Made by a program: the position numbers and the translations under genes. 64,000 nucleotides of DNA from the human T2T-CHM13v2.0 reference genome, Homo sapiens. This document shows positions 43,057 through 58,074 of the stretch, piece after piece. Each line of letters begins with the position of its first letter. The first letter of the stretch is position 1. The stretch covers positions 7,328,001 to 7,392,000 of the forward strand of contig CP086569.2 in NCBI GenBank assembly GCA_009914755.4, written 5' to 3'. The notes beneath the pieces are model-generated. The model had not been told where the DNA came from and did not search any database. It saw only the letters and a program-made list of their open reading frames with translations.

Positions 43057-44728
43057 AGAGCACTGATTCACCTACTTAACCATGAGGCTGAAGTTCAGAA
43101 TGGCTGTCAAAATCTGGTCACCTAACAGCAAAAAAATCAATGAACTACAGAGAGCAGATAGCTAGGCTTTTAAAGATTCACTTGTTTTGATGGCCTTGTC
43201 ACTGCTTGTCTCCTCATTACCTTCATGGCTCAGCCTCACTGTAATGTGCACTGACTTGGGCATAAATAGGTCTATCTTAGAGTTAATGCTCTGATGTAAA
43301 AAGGGTAAACCACCCTCCATCTATGGAAAACATTCCATTATCACAGCATTTTTTATGAAAGCCAAGATGCTTCCCTACTGTCCACAAAAAGCTATTTGCC
43401 TTCATACTGTATAAATATTTGATGCTGGCCTTTTGGCAAAAGGCCACCTAAATATTCCAAGCTTATGATTTACAAGAAGGATGTGGGAAAGGAGATTTGT
43501 CATAGTATTTCAAGAGGTAAATTCTATGAGGCAACCATTCTTCTCCTGCGGACTCTGAGATACTAAGACTGTCTATCAAGCAAACCTTCAGGCTCAGCCC
43601 TAGGCTGCTGTGCTTCGCCAAAGTCTAGCCTGAATGTGCATGCCATGACAAGCGGTCAATGCATTTGGTCTATTTTTGCAGGGTTAAAAACAAAATATTA
43701 CTGTTGTCCTTTAAACAAACTAGACTGGACTAGATTGACTACGCTGGAATAGCTGGCCTAACAGATGCTCTTGGCTCTCTGAGAGTGCCTTCTCTCCATC
43801 AGAGGCTGCACAGTCCTCTTGGCACCACCTTGATTCCAAGATTGGCACTGGCCAAGTGCATAAGTGCAATTGCACATGTGGTCAATGGCATGTGATCCCA
43901 CGGCAAATATAATCACTGTTCAACCAATTCCAGATAAAGGTGCCATGTTGCTCCACAATCACACTGAAGCTAATTTGCTCTATTTACCAAAGAATAAGCA
44001 AGGCTGCTGCCGTTTCTTGTTTCTTGAACACTCTCTGCTGCTCTAGGCCTGGCTACCGTCCTACATTCTTAGTTTGATGCAATGAGTCATCTAGAAAAGC
44101 TATTACTCCTCTTTAGCTAGAAAAAGATTAGCTTGCAAGTTGCAGTGCCAATTAAATGAACAGATAGGGAAGAAACATTCTGATTCATTGGTTGATGGAT
44201 GTGAGGCACTCTGCCAGGTGCAGTTCAAGGCTTTTCATTGAATCCTCCCCCAAATTCTGTAAGAGTCATCATTCCCTTTTAGTGGATAGACATCTGAGTT
44301 ACATGATTTGTCCATGTTCATATGGAATACAAAGGCCAAATCAGATATGAAATATGATTTGTTTGACACTAAAACTTACCCCCTTTCAACAACAGACATT
44401 TATTGAGCTACTGCTATGATGAGGCAGACCCTGTTTGAGGAACTGGGGGTAGGTGCTAAACAGGCTAAGTTTCTACACTTGCAGAGCTGGTGTTTTCTGA
44501 CCAATGCACCATATTCTCTCTGCCTTGGTGGTTAGGATAAGATTTTAGTCGGGTCACAATGAGACTTAGGACTTCTGTTTGGGGCCACATCTGTGCAGAT
44601 GCCATGCTCTCCTATATAGGGCAGAAAAAAAAAAGAATAAAAATATGATTGTAAATGGCTGACTTATGCATATAGCTGTGTATTTTGACACAATGGGTTA
44701 GCATACAGTGATGAAAGAAAATGGTCTG

Positions 44729-45000
44729 CAATTACATGTAAAAATGTAGACGAACCCCACAACAACAAGTGTGTGTATAAAGTTTGTATACAGTTCAAAA
44801 CTCATCAATGGTGTTTCAAGTAGGGACTGTGATTACCCCAGGGGGATAGAAACAGTGCAATTACATGTAAAAATGTGGAAGAATCCCACAATGACAAGTG
44901 TATAAAATTTGTATAAAGTTTTGTATAAAGTTCAAAACTCATCCATAGTGTTTCAAGTAGAGACTGTGATTACCCCAGGGGAAGAGAAACAGTGTGGGGC
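44729..45000. repeat. Tandem duplication, 2 x about 136 bp
   Basis: gcaattacatgtaaaaatgtagacgaaccccacaacaacaagtgtgtgtataaagtttgtatacagttcaaaactcatcaatggtgtttcaagtagggactgtgattaccccagggggatagaaacagt is repeated with minor changes. Confidence 0.75.
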
Positions 45001-46779
45001 ATGCAGGGGCTTCTAGGGTTTTGATATGTTCTATTTCTTGATCTATGTGCTGGTGATGTGTGTGCTCACTTTGTGAAAAGCCACTGAGGTATATATCCTT
45101 GTGATCTGTACTATTTTTTACATGTGTGCTAAACTGCAATAAAAGTTTTTTAAAGATGTCCCATGGACATATCAGAAAATGCATTTAATGGCATATGTGC
45201 AATTTAGCCCTTACATTATTAAGTGGCTATTCTGAAATAGAAGCCCTGACTATAACTCCTAGGCCAGACATTCCTGCAGAATAGTGGTCCAAGGGAGTGG
45301 CTATCAGAAACACGTGGTAAGGTTTCATTCTCCATCTTTTACCAGTCCCATGCTAAAACCTGCAGGTTCCTGGTGAAACACTCCAATATCAGCTTTTTCC
45401 CTCATCACCACTGGCATTATTGAGCATGATCCAGAACTCTCATTAGTCACCTTCTGTATGCAGGCACTGCAATATTAAGAAACTGCAAAAAGTAGGACCT
45501 GCCTTGGGGGTTCGTTGCAAGTATATCTGTATAAAGTATATTACCCACATATTTAATGTATATATTTTATTTAAAATATGTATATGTGTTTTACATATGT
45601 ATTTTGCAAATATATCATCATAGAGGATATGCTACGTGTCAAAAAAGGTGGTATAAATACCAAGTGTTACTTGGATTTACATGCCGCTGGGGCATCAGAG
45701 AAAGTCTCAAGGAAGGCCTAATCTTTTAAAATGGTGGGAGCAGAGAAACATCCGGGTGCAACGTGTCGCCTTTGTGATGCATCATGGAGAACACATTGCT
45801 TGGAATGTATTCTAGTTGTAATTCTTAATTTATCAAGGTCTTACAACTAACTTCCAGTTTACAGGAAATACAGGCTGGATAAATAAGATCAATGATGCCA
45901 TGAGCATTGACCAGATGAAAACATAATATAGGCCATTCTGCAGAATAAGAGGATAGGTTCCTTTTGAGCAGACAGGTAAAGGGAAAAGGGCTCTTCTAGG
46001 CAAAAACAGAAGTGAGGATACAGTCACCACAAACACTGACTGCTGCTGGAGTGGGTTCTGGTTTGGATGATCAGCTGCAAAGGCCATTTCTGAAACAAAG
46101 AGGTGGAGGACTGCTAGGGTAGGAAAGGACAAGGACAGGTCAAGGGCATAAGGAGCAAGGAGCAGGGATGGGCAGGGGGGTGGGGCAGGGAAGGCAGGGC
46201 AAAGAGAGTAGTTGGGGATGGGAGACAGGACAGAACAAGAGGAATGCAGGGCGAAGCAGGGAAAGACAGATGGTAGCAGTGGCAGCAGCCTCAGTGACCA
46301 GAGACGGCAGCAGTGATTCTGCAGGCCCAGAGGCCTTGTGAGAAATCAGCCTCCTCGCTGAGCCTTCAGGGGCAGACAGCCTCAATCTCACCCAAACTCC
46401 TGGCTCCCACCCAACTCCTCCTCAACAGCCAGCTCAGCTCAGATTCTCTCCTCCTGGTCTTTTCCATCCTCTAGAAATAGAGAACCTAGCCTGCATCTCA
46501 CAGGCTGACATGTTCCTGAGTGCCTGGCTACTCTGCTATGCAGTCCCTGGACTCATTCTTGCTTCCCATTGGGTCCTACCACCTCCCTAGAGTGACCCTG
46601 GAGTCCTCCTCTCCCCACCGGGAGAGCTACCAAGGTCCCGCTGGGAGCCACAACTCCTGCCAGCATAGACATGTCTTTTGTCTTCTATCCCACCCACCTC
46701 GTGGGTTCTTTTGGCTACCTACTCCCTTCTTTCTTCCTGCCATCTCCTTGATCTTACTAGCTGGTAACATTGACAGTGA

Positions 46780-46900
46780 CTTAATGTCTCTGTGCCTCAG
46801 TTTCCACAGCTATAACACAGGCATAACAACAGTACCTACTTCACTGAGGAATTATGAGGATGAAGTCAATGCTAAGTTTGAATTCCTGAGACCAGCACCC
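46780..46900 (+). mobile_element. MIR SINE fragment
   Basis: cttaatgtctctgtgcctcagtttccacagctataacacaggcataacaacagtacctacttcactgaggaattatgaggatgaagtcaatgc. Confidence 0.45.
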
Positions 46901-48489
46901 ATACAAACCAACCACTAGGTGTTCATGGTCAGCAATATGCCCCTCCTCTGTGATCTAAGCTTGCCAAAGCCCATGGGCATTGCTCCCCCATCCCAAGACA
47001 CCCAGTCATTCTAAAGTTTAATGAATGACCCAGGGAGAGGAGTCCTAGACACTATGAGCAGGAGCCCAAACTTGAGGACTGTACAAGTGTTTCTACGTCC
47101 TGGGTTGGGAGGCATGGGGAAGGGAGTAATGCCTTGAAAACAGAAGCTCTGGAGTCTGCACTGGGGAATTCAGGCTGAAACATCACCTTGTTTATGGGAC
47201 AAAGTTCTCGTGAGTTTTATGACTCTGGAAAAAATTCAGGAGTATAAATTTATATTTAAGAGTCTTGACTGGTGGCTTTCCAGATGGCAAACAACTTAAA
47301 GATATGCTTCTAGCTCTGCCAGATTTATTTGTAAGGACATTAATTATCTCATTAGAAATAGGTTCCTCTTACAATTAGCTTGCTGTTTTTTTTAATTCTG
47401 GGTAAAGAACATACACATATTTCATCCCTGGCCAATGGACACCTTGGACTTTACAGAGCAGAAATGCCCTAACCCAGTAAGCATTACTCCCAGTCATACT
47501 CTCCCTCCCAACAGACATATAAAGGGTGAAACTGTGTTTAAAATCAGGGTGGTTTTCAATTCATTTTGTTTTGAGAATGTTGCAGCCCTCCCTGACATGA
47601 TACGAACAGCTAATGGTGGAGCTCTAAGATATTGGCTGCATATAGGGAGATGCCTGGGCTCTGTGGAGGACTTCATCATTGTGCTTGCCAGGGGAAAGCA
47701 CATGTTCTGTTTTCATGACAGGAAGAATGAATTTACTGTGGTAAATCCAAAGGAGGCTATGTCAAACACTCAAGTCAAATCTGAAGAAAAAGCTGTCTAA
47801 GTTGTCTACATTTGTGGACTCCAGGTTGAAGAGTGGGGTGACAGGGAGAAGAGGAGTCTAACTCAGCCTTGATTACCAAATCATAATGGTAGAGGACCAG
47901 TAAATGGTTTTGTGAATGTTCCAGGTGTACTTTCTAGGGGGTCTTAGGGTCCCTGATGTGCTCAGGCAGTGGGGAAAAAGAGAAAACCTTCCTTTTGATT
48001 CCATAATTTATCTAATAGCGGAAGAAATTCCAAGTGGCCACCTCTGTACCCACTATCTCCAGCACCTCCCTACACACTTTCAACAATTAATCATCAGTTT
48101 CCTGGGGAGGAATGTAAAACTATGTGTGGCCACAGAGAGCATCTATGGGCACTGAGAGGGGATGAAAAGAGTCACTGTTGCTGCAACCCAAGATGAGCAA
48201 TGGGGTGTCCCCACAGGAAAAAAGGAGCCAAAGCATTCCTTCCTGGTCTCTGCTGACACTGATAAGTCAGGCTGTAGACATCTGTCCCAAGTTGTCCCCA
48301 TGCATGTACCACCACTGGTGTTTTATGATGCATCTCAAACCAGACCATGAAAACCCCTGACTTTGAGGAACTTTGCAGGTACCCATGGAGGGCTTCCTTG
48401 TATAGAGGGAGGTTGCCCTCCTTGCCACTAGGGCACAGAAGTGACCCTACATTAGTTTTACTAAAGATATGTGTATTATAGAACTGCAC

Positions 48490-48735
48490 TGACCAAGTGC
48501 CACTGACCAGAGACACTAGCCACTAGCCACATACGGTTATTTAAACTTAAGTTAATGAAAGTTAAATTAATTTTAAAATTCAATTCCTCAGTAGCAGTAT
48601 CCACATTTCAAGTGCTCAGTAGCCATAGTCAGCTGGTGGCCGCCATACCGGACAACCCAGATACAGAACAAACACCTCCATCATCACAGGCACTTCTATT
48701 GGACAGCCCTGCTCTGGATAGCTCTCTGAATGTAT
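48490..48735. mobile_element. MITE-like MER-type DNA transposon (family uncertain)
   Basis: gccactagccacatacggttatttaaacttaagttaatgaaagttaaattaattttaaaattcaattcctcagtagcagtatccacatttcaagtgctcagtagccatagtcagctggtggccgccataccggacaacccagatacagaac resembles a common human interspersed repeat with palindromic gccacatgtggc termini. Confidence 0.35.
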
Positions 48736-51700
48736 TTGTAACAAGCCAATCACTTTCTTGTGTCACTCATGCATTCAACAAATGGTTATGGACCAATACA
48801 CTATACAACGCCTGCTGCTACTATGGTAAGATGTCAATATTAGACAATGGTGAGACTTTCATCCAAAATTAAGACCTGTCTGTGCTGTATCATGTTCTAA
48901 GGCTTTGGATGATTTAAAGTACATTCATTTAGAATTCAGAATGGTCTCTATTCTCAGGATGCTTGCTGGCATTTCAAGGATTGCAAACAATGTAGAATCC
49001 AAACTCTGTTCATGACTTTGCTAATTCTTGAGAGAAAATGGCTCAACAACAACACACAATACTGTTTATGCTCCCTGCCAGGTTTTGCTGGGATTGATAA
49101 ATTTGGTGTTATGTTTCACTTAGGGATCCTATGACTGGCAGCCCTCAGGATATGTACGTGTTTGCACATTGGTCCCATTCCCCAAATTGCCTCTTAGATT
49201 TGACACACCCTGGTGACTCAACTTGCCTTCCCATTAACCTAAAGCCCTTTCTTTGTTTTACACATTTTCCAACTATACATAGACCTTCTGCCTTAGGAGA
49301 GCTGACATTAATAGTGCTATTCCATGCAGCAAACCACTAGAGACAATACATTACTGGGGAGGGGGTACTGGGTGCTGGGAGACCTGGGAACAGTGAGTGT
49401 CTCAGTGGAGCTTACAGAAACCAGTCTGTTCAACTTATTTCTCTGCTGCTAATTTCAAGGTGCTGCCACTGCTACTTCAAACTGTAATAGTGTCTACAAA
49501 CAATTTGCACTTTGGAATGGCACACTTCCAACAGGTAATTAACAAATCCAGGGGACAATCTTTTTAAAAGGCTTTAAAAGCAACAGAGACTGAGGCCACC
49601 ATCAATGATATAGAATCATTCCGCTTTCTCTGTCATTTCAGAAGATACCTGGTTGACTGCTAGAGAGGTTTAGAGACTACAGGCCCTGGGCTTTATGGAA
49701 AGTTCCTCAAGATGTGTTAATTAGAAATAAAATTCAGCATGGTTATTGGCTGCAGTGTTTTCTCAATGAAATAGGCTATGAAGAGGGACTAAGATTTCAA
49801 TAGTTAGGAGCAGAGTTCACAAAGGGCCACCCAAGGACAGTGAATTCCATACCATTCACCATTCCAAGGCAGAACACTGCATTCACCAGCCTGCCTCCTT
49901 TCTGGAAGTGGTCGCTCGTGTGCCCTAACCGGTTGGTGTCCAAGCTCTCACTGTCTGGCCATTTTTGGAGACATGGAGAGGAATGGTGAGAGGGAAGTAT
50001 TGCTGGCCCTTCTGATGGCTATTCGGTTTGTTGAAAAGGGCTGAGATCTACATTTCTGCTGAGATTTGTAAAGGTAGTGGAGAGAGAAGAAGTCAACCAA
50101 AGATAAAAAGCTGCTTCGTCGGGTTTAGTGGAATCTCTCAGGAGCCTGAATAAATGATATGATGAATGCTGAAATCTCTGTGAGGCTGTATTGTTGTCAA
50201 ATAATAAAGCCTCATTCCAAGTAGTAAGGTGAGGCTGCCTTAAAGTAACATGGACCTCAAAGGTTGGGCTTCTAATGGGGGACTTAGGTTTTTAATCTGG
50301 AATATAATGAATACTTGTTATCTGGGATTAATGTGTACAGTTAGGTGGTTGAGAAAAGAACACAGCAGATGGTTCTAGAAATTCATACAAATATGTGTTT
50401 TGGAAACAAAAGCAGAATGTATTTGGGTCAGAGTGGTCTTTTAAAAAGTAAAGGTACAGAGACACATAAAAACAAAAATACTGCTCTAATGTCAGAAATA
50501 TTATATACTCCTGAACTCACTATTTATAAACTGGAATAGTGTTTCCTGGGGCTGAACCCATATTACTTAATCAAGTACATCAAAAATACATCATTGATAT
50601 GTAAAAATAAATATGTTCCTGTAAATGAGAGTTCCTGCCTGGAGTGGCAGGTCAGCCCAAACAGCCAAGAAGGCACTGGGGGTGAGGTGCTGAGCTTTCA
50701 GTTCCTTCATTTATAGCTCAGTTCTTAAGCAATCAATAATCACCACCACCCATCAGCTGAGCCAAGCCTGCCTATGTGCAGCTGGGCATGGGTTAGCAGT
50801 AGCAGCCTCCAGAAGCAAATATCTGGAATTTCAATCTAAGTCTGAAAGTCTATTTTTATGCTCCTCATTTAGTCAAGCAATCAGTTGACCCAGCTTAAAA
50901 AGTCTTGCTTACACAGGCTTGTCAGGAATATGCTTTGGTTTCCAAAAATATCTTTTTAAATCATAAGAAAATCCCCACCTTGTGTGAAACAAGAATTTAA
51001 AGGTCATAAACAATGGTTGACATTAGCAAGAAGGACAAAGCAAATTCATGCTCCCTGCATAAGCACTCTTTGATGCTGTTTCCCAAATTTCAGTACCTCA
51101 CAATGTTTTGTGGTATCCAAGTACTAGTTGACTTTTTCCTTTATTTAAATAAATATATTATTTTTTTTTTTAAAAAAAGAAACTTTCTTTCATGAGTATG
51201 AAGGCAATCCACTACCACTTGCCAAAAACAAGGGGTGATGATGAAGTACATTAACACCAAATATGTTCATCTGTCTAACACCTAAAATTATCTCACATAG
51301 GTCACAAAGTCTTCTCTCAGCCCCATCTGAGTGAGCACCAGCAGAGATCACTAGGTAGCAGCGCTGGGCCATGTTACTTCGTCATCAGCAACACCTGAAT
51401 GAGCAGAAGCCATTTCAGGCTTTCCATCCAACAGAACAATTATGAAAGGAAGGTGCCTATCTTTGGAAGTGGCCACTTGGATTTTAAACACCAACTCTAG
51501 CCTGTTCATTATCCCCATCCAAAGCTGCTTTTCTCAGCCCTCCTCCTTACTCAGAAGCCATCTCCAGCTAGGAGATACTTTCATACCAGAAATTAGGTCT
51601 TGGTGTATAGAGCTCGCAATCACTAGACTAGTTCATGACTGGAAAATACAAACTTTAGAAATGGAGCAACATGTAATGGAGTGAATCCAGCCATAAATTG

Positions 51701-54700
51701 GGGCTGGGGTGGGCAGGAGGTAAACTAGACAGTTGGGTGTTTTCCAGTCCTGGCGGCCAGGGGTTCAAATAAAGCTGCAGCTACCGAGGGCAAGAGGATA
51801 AACAAGGTTTTAGTTAGTTCTTGGGTTTATTTGGTTTCCTTTATAAGCAGACCCTGCAAGCTTTCCTGTAGAAGTAGTTTATTTGGGAAGTGATCCCAGG
51901 AAACAGAGGGAAGGAGTAGGAATGGAAAACACGGAGGAGATGGAGATGATGCCAGTGAATAAGTGCATTGAAGAGCATATTACCAATGGGGCAAGTAGGG
52001 CTCAGTCCCACCAGGGACCCACAGACACTGTGTAAAACACACCCAGATTCTTACACCAAGAGCAAGGATTGTGGGACATTTTTCCTCATGAATTGAAAGT
52101 TACTCCTGAGTCATTCATTTCCCAGGGCCCACTCCCTAGAATATCTGCAGGCAGAGAGGCTAAGGAAGCTGTGGGCTTAGCCAGAGCTAACCACAGGTGA
52201 CCCCAACATAGGCTACAGCACCACTCACTACAGCCTGCTACAGTCAAGCACAAATATAAATGAATTAGAGAGAAAAAGGAAATCACAACCTCTGCATAGA
52301 AGTAGGTGGGGAATTTGGAAGTGGCCAAAGTCCAAAACTACATGGTAACACTTGATCACACAGAGGGAACTCCCACTCAATGGCAAGACAAAAACACAAC
52401 TTTCCCGAATGCATAATGAACCAGAAAAAGGGGAAGGCCAAAGGAGAAGTGAGAGTGCTGGTGGTGTAATAGAGGAAGACAGAAACCCTCAGAAAAGGCA
52501 GATGGTGTGGACAGCTTTCCTGGCTTGATCCTCCTCAGGGGGCTAGACTGATGCCAGAGACAGAAATAAATTTCTCAGGAAGGAAAAGGAGAGAGCATTG
52601 GAAAAAAGAGCCTCCAAAGAATCAGCAGCAATGAAATATTGGGAGAAATCTGATTGCAGATGCGTAACCCTTGTACACTCACTCCTCTGTCCCATCATCT
52701 TCTTGGCTCTGGTCCTTTCTTTCTTCACATGAAAATCAGTCAAGAGAAACTGTACAAAAGTGATACCCTTTGATGTTTTAATATTCTGATTCTCCAATAT
52801 TGATTCTCCAATACACATCCTCACATGAGCAAGCACCAAAGATTGCAAAAAGAGCCCCATGTTTATTTAAATTTTCTCAGCTGCTCTGTGACTCTCAGCT
52901 GGAAGATTTTTCTAGACATGGGACAGTAAGTCCCAAAGGGGTACGGAAGGCATTGGTTCTGATCATGTTCTGGGAATTGCTGAAGGACTGCACTGGCAGA
53001 GCACCCATTGGGACTCTCTTCTCATCTCTCCCTTTTCCCCACCTTGTCTCATTTAGATCCCTCCTATTGCACATGTGTTTGTTGTATTGACCTAAGCCAA
53101 CCAGAGGAGAATGTGAGGGCAGGCTAAGGGGGTGTGGGGCCCAAGGGTGGGGGTAGTTGAATCCTGCCAGCCTGGGAAACTGGTCCATTCAGGCTTTGCC
53201 AGGCTACTAGGGAGTGGGGAGGAAAGAGGCAGGTGTCCAGCCTTGAGGTCTATGCCTGGGTCTGGGGACTCAGACACAGGATGGAAGGCTGCAGTTTGCC
53301 TGCAGGTGGGGCCCCAGAGAGCCCAGGTCTTGAGGGTAAGCAGGTGACTGGCTGGGCCTCTGGACCTCTGGTCAGGTGAGAAGAAAGAGTTTAGAGGCTG
53401 GCTGAAAATCTGGGGCTCCAAGGGCTAGATGTGGGAGGAGGAGGCAGCTGGCTATTACCTGCACTGGAAAGAACAAGTGGGCATCACACTTGGTGGGGAC
53501 TGCAGGCTGCTGAGGTCATGGGCAGAAGGGACTAAGCAGAAATGTTTGTATTGGGAAGGCAGGCAGTGGGCACCATGGTGGCAAGGCAGGGCAAGAGGGC
53601 AGAAGGGCCGTAGGCTATTCCAGATGCCTAAATCTGGGCAAGGCTGCTCAAGCTTCAGTCAGGATTGGGTACTAATAGCAGGGCACCTCTGGGCCAGCAC
53701 GAGGCCTGCTTGCCAGGGCAGCAGGGAAAGGCAAAGTGCAGGGACTGCTGCATGAACAACAATCCAAGGGAATCCACTTGTAAGGATGACAACAACCACA
53801 GGCATGTGTCCCTTATTTACAAGGGCCTTTCACCTTCACCATCGCATGTGACTCTCCCAACCTTGATGGGAGGGGGCGGCACTGATTATGTGCCCAGAAG
53901 CATTAATTGGATCCCCCAGAAATCACAAGCCTATATGTGGCACAACCAAGGGCCTTTCACACCCCAAACTCTGGGCTCTTTCCCAAATATAACAAGAGGC
54001 TAATTCATCAGGACACAGAAGGCAGGGGCCAATGACTATGCATGGGAACTCAATAGCTGTTTGTTAATGAACTGAGTAAAAGATGAGAAAGATGGCTGCA
54101 GTGTCAGATCTGGGAGGGGGCCATATCATGGGGTCCAACTGTCCCGAGAGTGTAGGGAGGGAAGGAGCCCTACCCCTACATCAGGAAAGCCCTACCCCTG
54201 GGTTTTGGCCATTCACAATAAGCTGGCAGCCAGGGAGTGCTACTGAATAAAATCGTCTCAGCCAGAAACATGATTGGCATCATATGCTCAGGTTTCAGGC
54301 TGACATTTCTAAGCCTTTTAAGTGAGGAGGTGCAGCATAGGAAGGGCAGTGCTTGGAAGACTTATTATTTTGTGTCAGTGAGAATGATTAGAATTTTGTT
54401 GAACCTGTCTAGCCTCCTTGTTTCTCTGATGGAAGTTGTGGCAGCAGAGATGGTGAGGCTGTCCCTGCACAGGCTCAGGTGATCACTGCACAGCATGGAC
54501 CTCCAACCAAAAGGAAATTCCCCCAGACCAGGAAATAAGCGAGCAGGAAGAGGAACACATAGTGGGCCTCCCCTAGAACCTGCAGAGGCAAGGACATGAC
54601 GGCTGCATGGAGCCCGCAGACATGGGGAGGGACGACCTGCCCCTGCTTCCACATGCAGAATCCACTGGAAAGTCCTGTCTGAGAAGTCACTGCCTAGATT

Positions 54701-57700
54701 CCTCTCCCCAAGGCCTGCTGTAAAGAAAATAAGTTAACAGAGGAGAAGGTGGGAAGAGGAGGGAGACTCTCTCCAGATTTTTTTTAATTGTCTTGTTGTG
54801 ATTGCCTGTTTAAGCCCACCTGGCAGAAGAGGAGTAAAAACACTTCCCTCCTTAAAGGGCTCGGAGAGAAGACAAGCTGGGAGCTGAGCAGGCAGCCGGG
54901 AGGGGTGCCTGGGGGCAGCGGTGGGGGGTAGCTCTTTGTGACTGTTGGGGAGTGATGGTGAGTGGATTTCCCAGGAGAAAGATTAAGAGAGAGGCTGGGG
55001 GTCAGATGAGGGTCACAACCAAGGGGGACAGGGTCCCTGGACATTCAGCCTTCAAGAAGGCCAAATGCTCAAGCTGTGATAAAGAAATTTAACTGAATGG
55101 GGCCACAAAAGGTGACACCCCCTACTTGTGAAACGGACATGATAATAGCATCTTCTGCCATAAAGCTGTTGTGAGGAGTAACTGAGATGACACGAGAAGG
55201 ACATAGAATAGTGCACTTGGAGGGTGACTGCCATCATGACCACTGAAAGGCTTATATGTGAAATGATCAAACCCAAAGGCTTATTTATTCCACCAAAGGA
55301 GGAAAAAAGGACAACAGTGAGCTGCCTAAATTTCAGAGATTTGCAGCCTGAGCAGAGAGATAAAGGGGCTGCTTTATGCATAGAGACAGGCAGTGTTTAC
55401 CTGCCTAGGGAGAATGGGCTCGAAGGAGGATTTAATCCCTCCCCCTGGCCTATACTTGCAGAGCTGAAATTCTCATCTACTGGTGGGCTGACCGCCTCCA
55501 GAAACACATGCATTCACCCATTCCTCCCTAGCGGGGTCTGTTTTTCCAGGAGAGAATGGGGACTTGGGTGACGGGATAGTGGCCAAGATGCTGTGGGTGT
55601 CAATTTTTCTGTGTGTTCAGCCATTGGGAGAGATTCTGGGTGAGGGAAGTGAGTGGCCACAGGATAGCATAAAGGTCCTGGGCACCTGGGAAGGTTCCTA
55701 GGACAAGTCTCCCCAGTGAATAATGCTCTCACAGAAGGCAGGAGGTCTGGAAGGAGTCTCAGAGGAAGATGGGCTCTAGAACACAGTAAAAATCTGAAAA
55801 ATCCTGAGGAAACCTCAGTAGTCACTGCCTCCTTTCTCAAAGCCAGGATTCCATGAGAGGTCGATGTCGAGTGTCAGGACTACTGAGCCTGTACCCCAAT
55901 AGTAGCAGCTCATACTCATGAGTCAAGCATTGCCAAGTGCTTTAAATATGTCTTCTTTAACCTTTCCATGAGAAACCATCATTCTATCCCCATTTCACAG
56001 GGTGAGAAATTGAGGCATGGAAGGCAGGTTGGAATGTAAACAGAGGCTAGATTTTTGAGCACTATGTTCCCCACCACTCTGTCACTCCCTCCTTTTCTCC
56101 TGGGGGCCTCTGCTTGGCCTGACCCTTGCCCTCCTACAGTCCTGGACTGCAGAGAAGGGCTCCAATGAGGCCCATCTTCTTGCTCAAGATTCAGAGTACA
56201 CACATCAAGCCCAATCTCCTGAGAAGCTGGAGGTTTCTGGATTAAGGCCTGAGCATTCATGAGGAGGACACACCGGGCTTAAATGCATGCTCAGCTACTC
56301 CATGAGGTGCAGCAGGCACCTGCTTCAAACAGTGAAAAATCACACAAATGAATGGCTCTATTTCTGCGCATACTTAAGAAGGCTCAAGGCCTTGATTAAA
56401 CAGTAGTCTTACTATATCACACAGCTGAGGCAGCTCCAATATCTCCCTCTAAATCAATTTTGCAAATAGGCCCCTGGAATTAACCATCCCATAATTTTCT
56501 TCTCAAGAAGTTTGGAAGTAACAAAACATACTGTTTCTCCTTGTTTTCCCTTCTTGAAGCACTACCTGTTCATTATCACTTGTAAGAGGCTAATTTCAAG
56601 AATTAGTAAATAAATGATAATAACAATATTAACCTGAGAGAACATCCAGAAAGGCCTAAAGAGAAAGCCCTCCTAACCTCTGGGTGTCTTCTGTCAGTCT
56701 TCATACTTGTTCACCTTTCAAAGGCTAGAAGGGGTCATATGGCTCGTCTACATACCTTACTCGCAGGAAATGACTGGATGCTAGATTTCCTGGAGAAAGG
56801 GGAAATATGGATGGTAGATTTCCTGAAGAAAGTAGAGAAAAAGGCAATACAGAGAAACAGAGGGAAACTTTGTTCCCTATAAATCTTGTTGAGGACCTCA
56901 GTAAATTATTTTAGTCTATCACACAGGAAAGAACAAGTAGAAAGGCGTGAAGGGATGTTGGGTAAGTCCACCTGGGTTCATATGCCGGATCTTCCTATTT
57001 CCAGACTGGGCAACAAATTTCCTCTCTAAATCCCAGTTTGCACAGCTGTAAAATATCTTACTTTAGGCAGGTATTTTAACAAGCTGTGTGTAGGTTGTCA
57101 TTGGTGCCTGGCAGGCTGCCACTTTCTGTGTGAAAGCTGGATGATTCAAGGGAAATTTTGAGAGCACAGGAGGTAAAAGAACTCAAGAGTCTAGAATCCA
57201 CTTCAAACATGACATTTTGGAGCACACTGCAAGTCAATTTCATGTGGTTCTGTTCTCTCCATAAATCATAACTTCAGTAAGTAAACAGTCAGGTGGCCCA
57301 GATAACTGCTTGATAAAATTTCTCCTATTTGATGGACTGCTATCTCTACACTCTAATTCCATTCCTTTTTCTCTGAGATACCATGGGGATTAATGAAAAG
57401 CTGTTAGTCACTCTTTAAGTGGGTCAAAACTCCCAGTGCTGACATACTTACTCCCTGAGAGTGGCTCTTCATGTACCTCCAATGAGTCGCCATCTGGGTC
57501 AACCAGTGTCTTGCTCACCCCACGTGGTGAAAGTTGTCCACCATCTCCCTCTCCAGGGGGTGAGCTGGGCTTCTGGGCAATGGGTACCTCCCCTCTGGGG
57601 CCTGAGCAGTTTCTGGGATTTGGTTTCTCCCAGCCAGGGCACCACACATGTTCCTAGTCCCTGGTTTCTCATTCTCCAGTGACACATGATCCCCATGTGC

Positions 57701-58026
57701 ATTTTTTTTACATCCCTGGCATTTTCCATGCTGTTGGCAGTAGACACCGGAGCACTGCTGCCTGCCAAATCCACAGGGGAATGGTACTGAGGCATAACAC
57801 CAATGAATTTCAGGCCCTGGCTTGCAGCCTCCTGGATCTGTGCGGCAAACAAAAGGAAGGGAACCAAGTGAATGGAATCGTCTATCAAAAGGGCATGTGC
57901 AGAGTGCAAAGAGCCTCCCTGAGGCCTGCGAAACTATTTCAGGTGCACATGAAGAATTTCAAGCTGGCAGGAGCCCCGTGTCCTCAGGGACACCTGCCGC
58001 CACATCCTGGTCTGAAGAGGATAGGC

Positions 58027-58074
58027 TTTTTTTGTTTTGTTTTTGTTTTTGTTTTGTTTGTTTTTTGTTTTTTT
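58027..58074. repeat. (GTTTT)n / (GTTTTT)n simple repeat
   Basis: tttgttttgtttttgtttttgttttgtttgttttttgtttttt. Confidence 0.85.

Noticed and set aside
52900-55900. Moderately GC-rich stretch with several about 100-aa ORFs on both strands, considered as a possible CpG island or gene
   Set aside because: CpG dinucleotides are sparse, the ORFs overlap on opposite strands, and there are no recognisable protein motifs or splice-site architecture.
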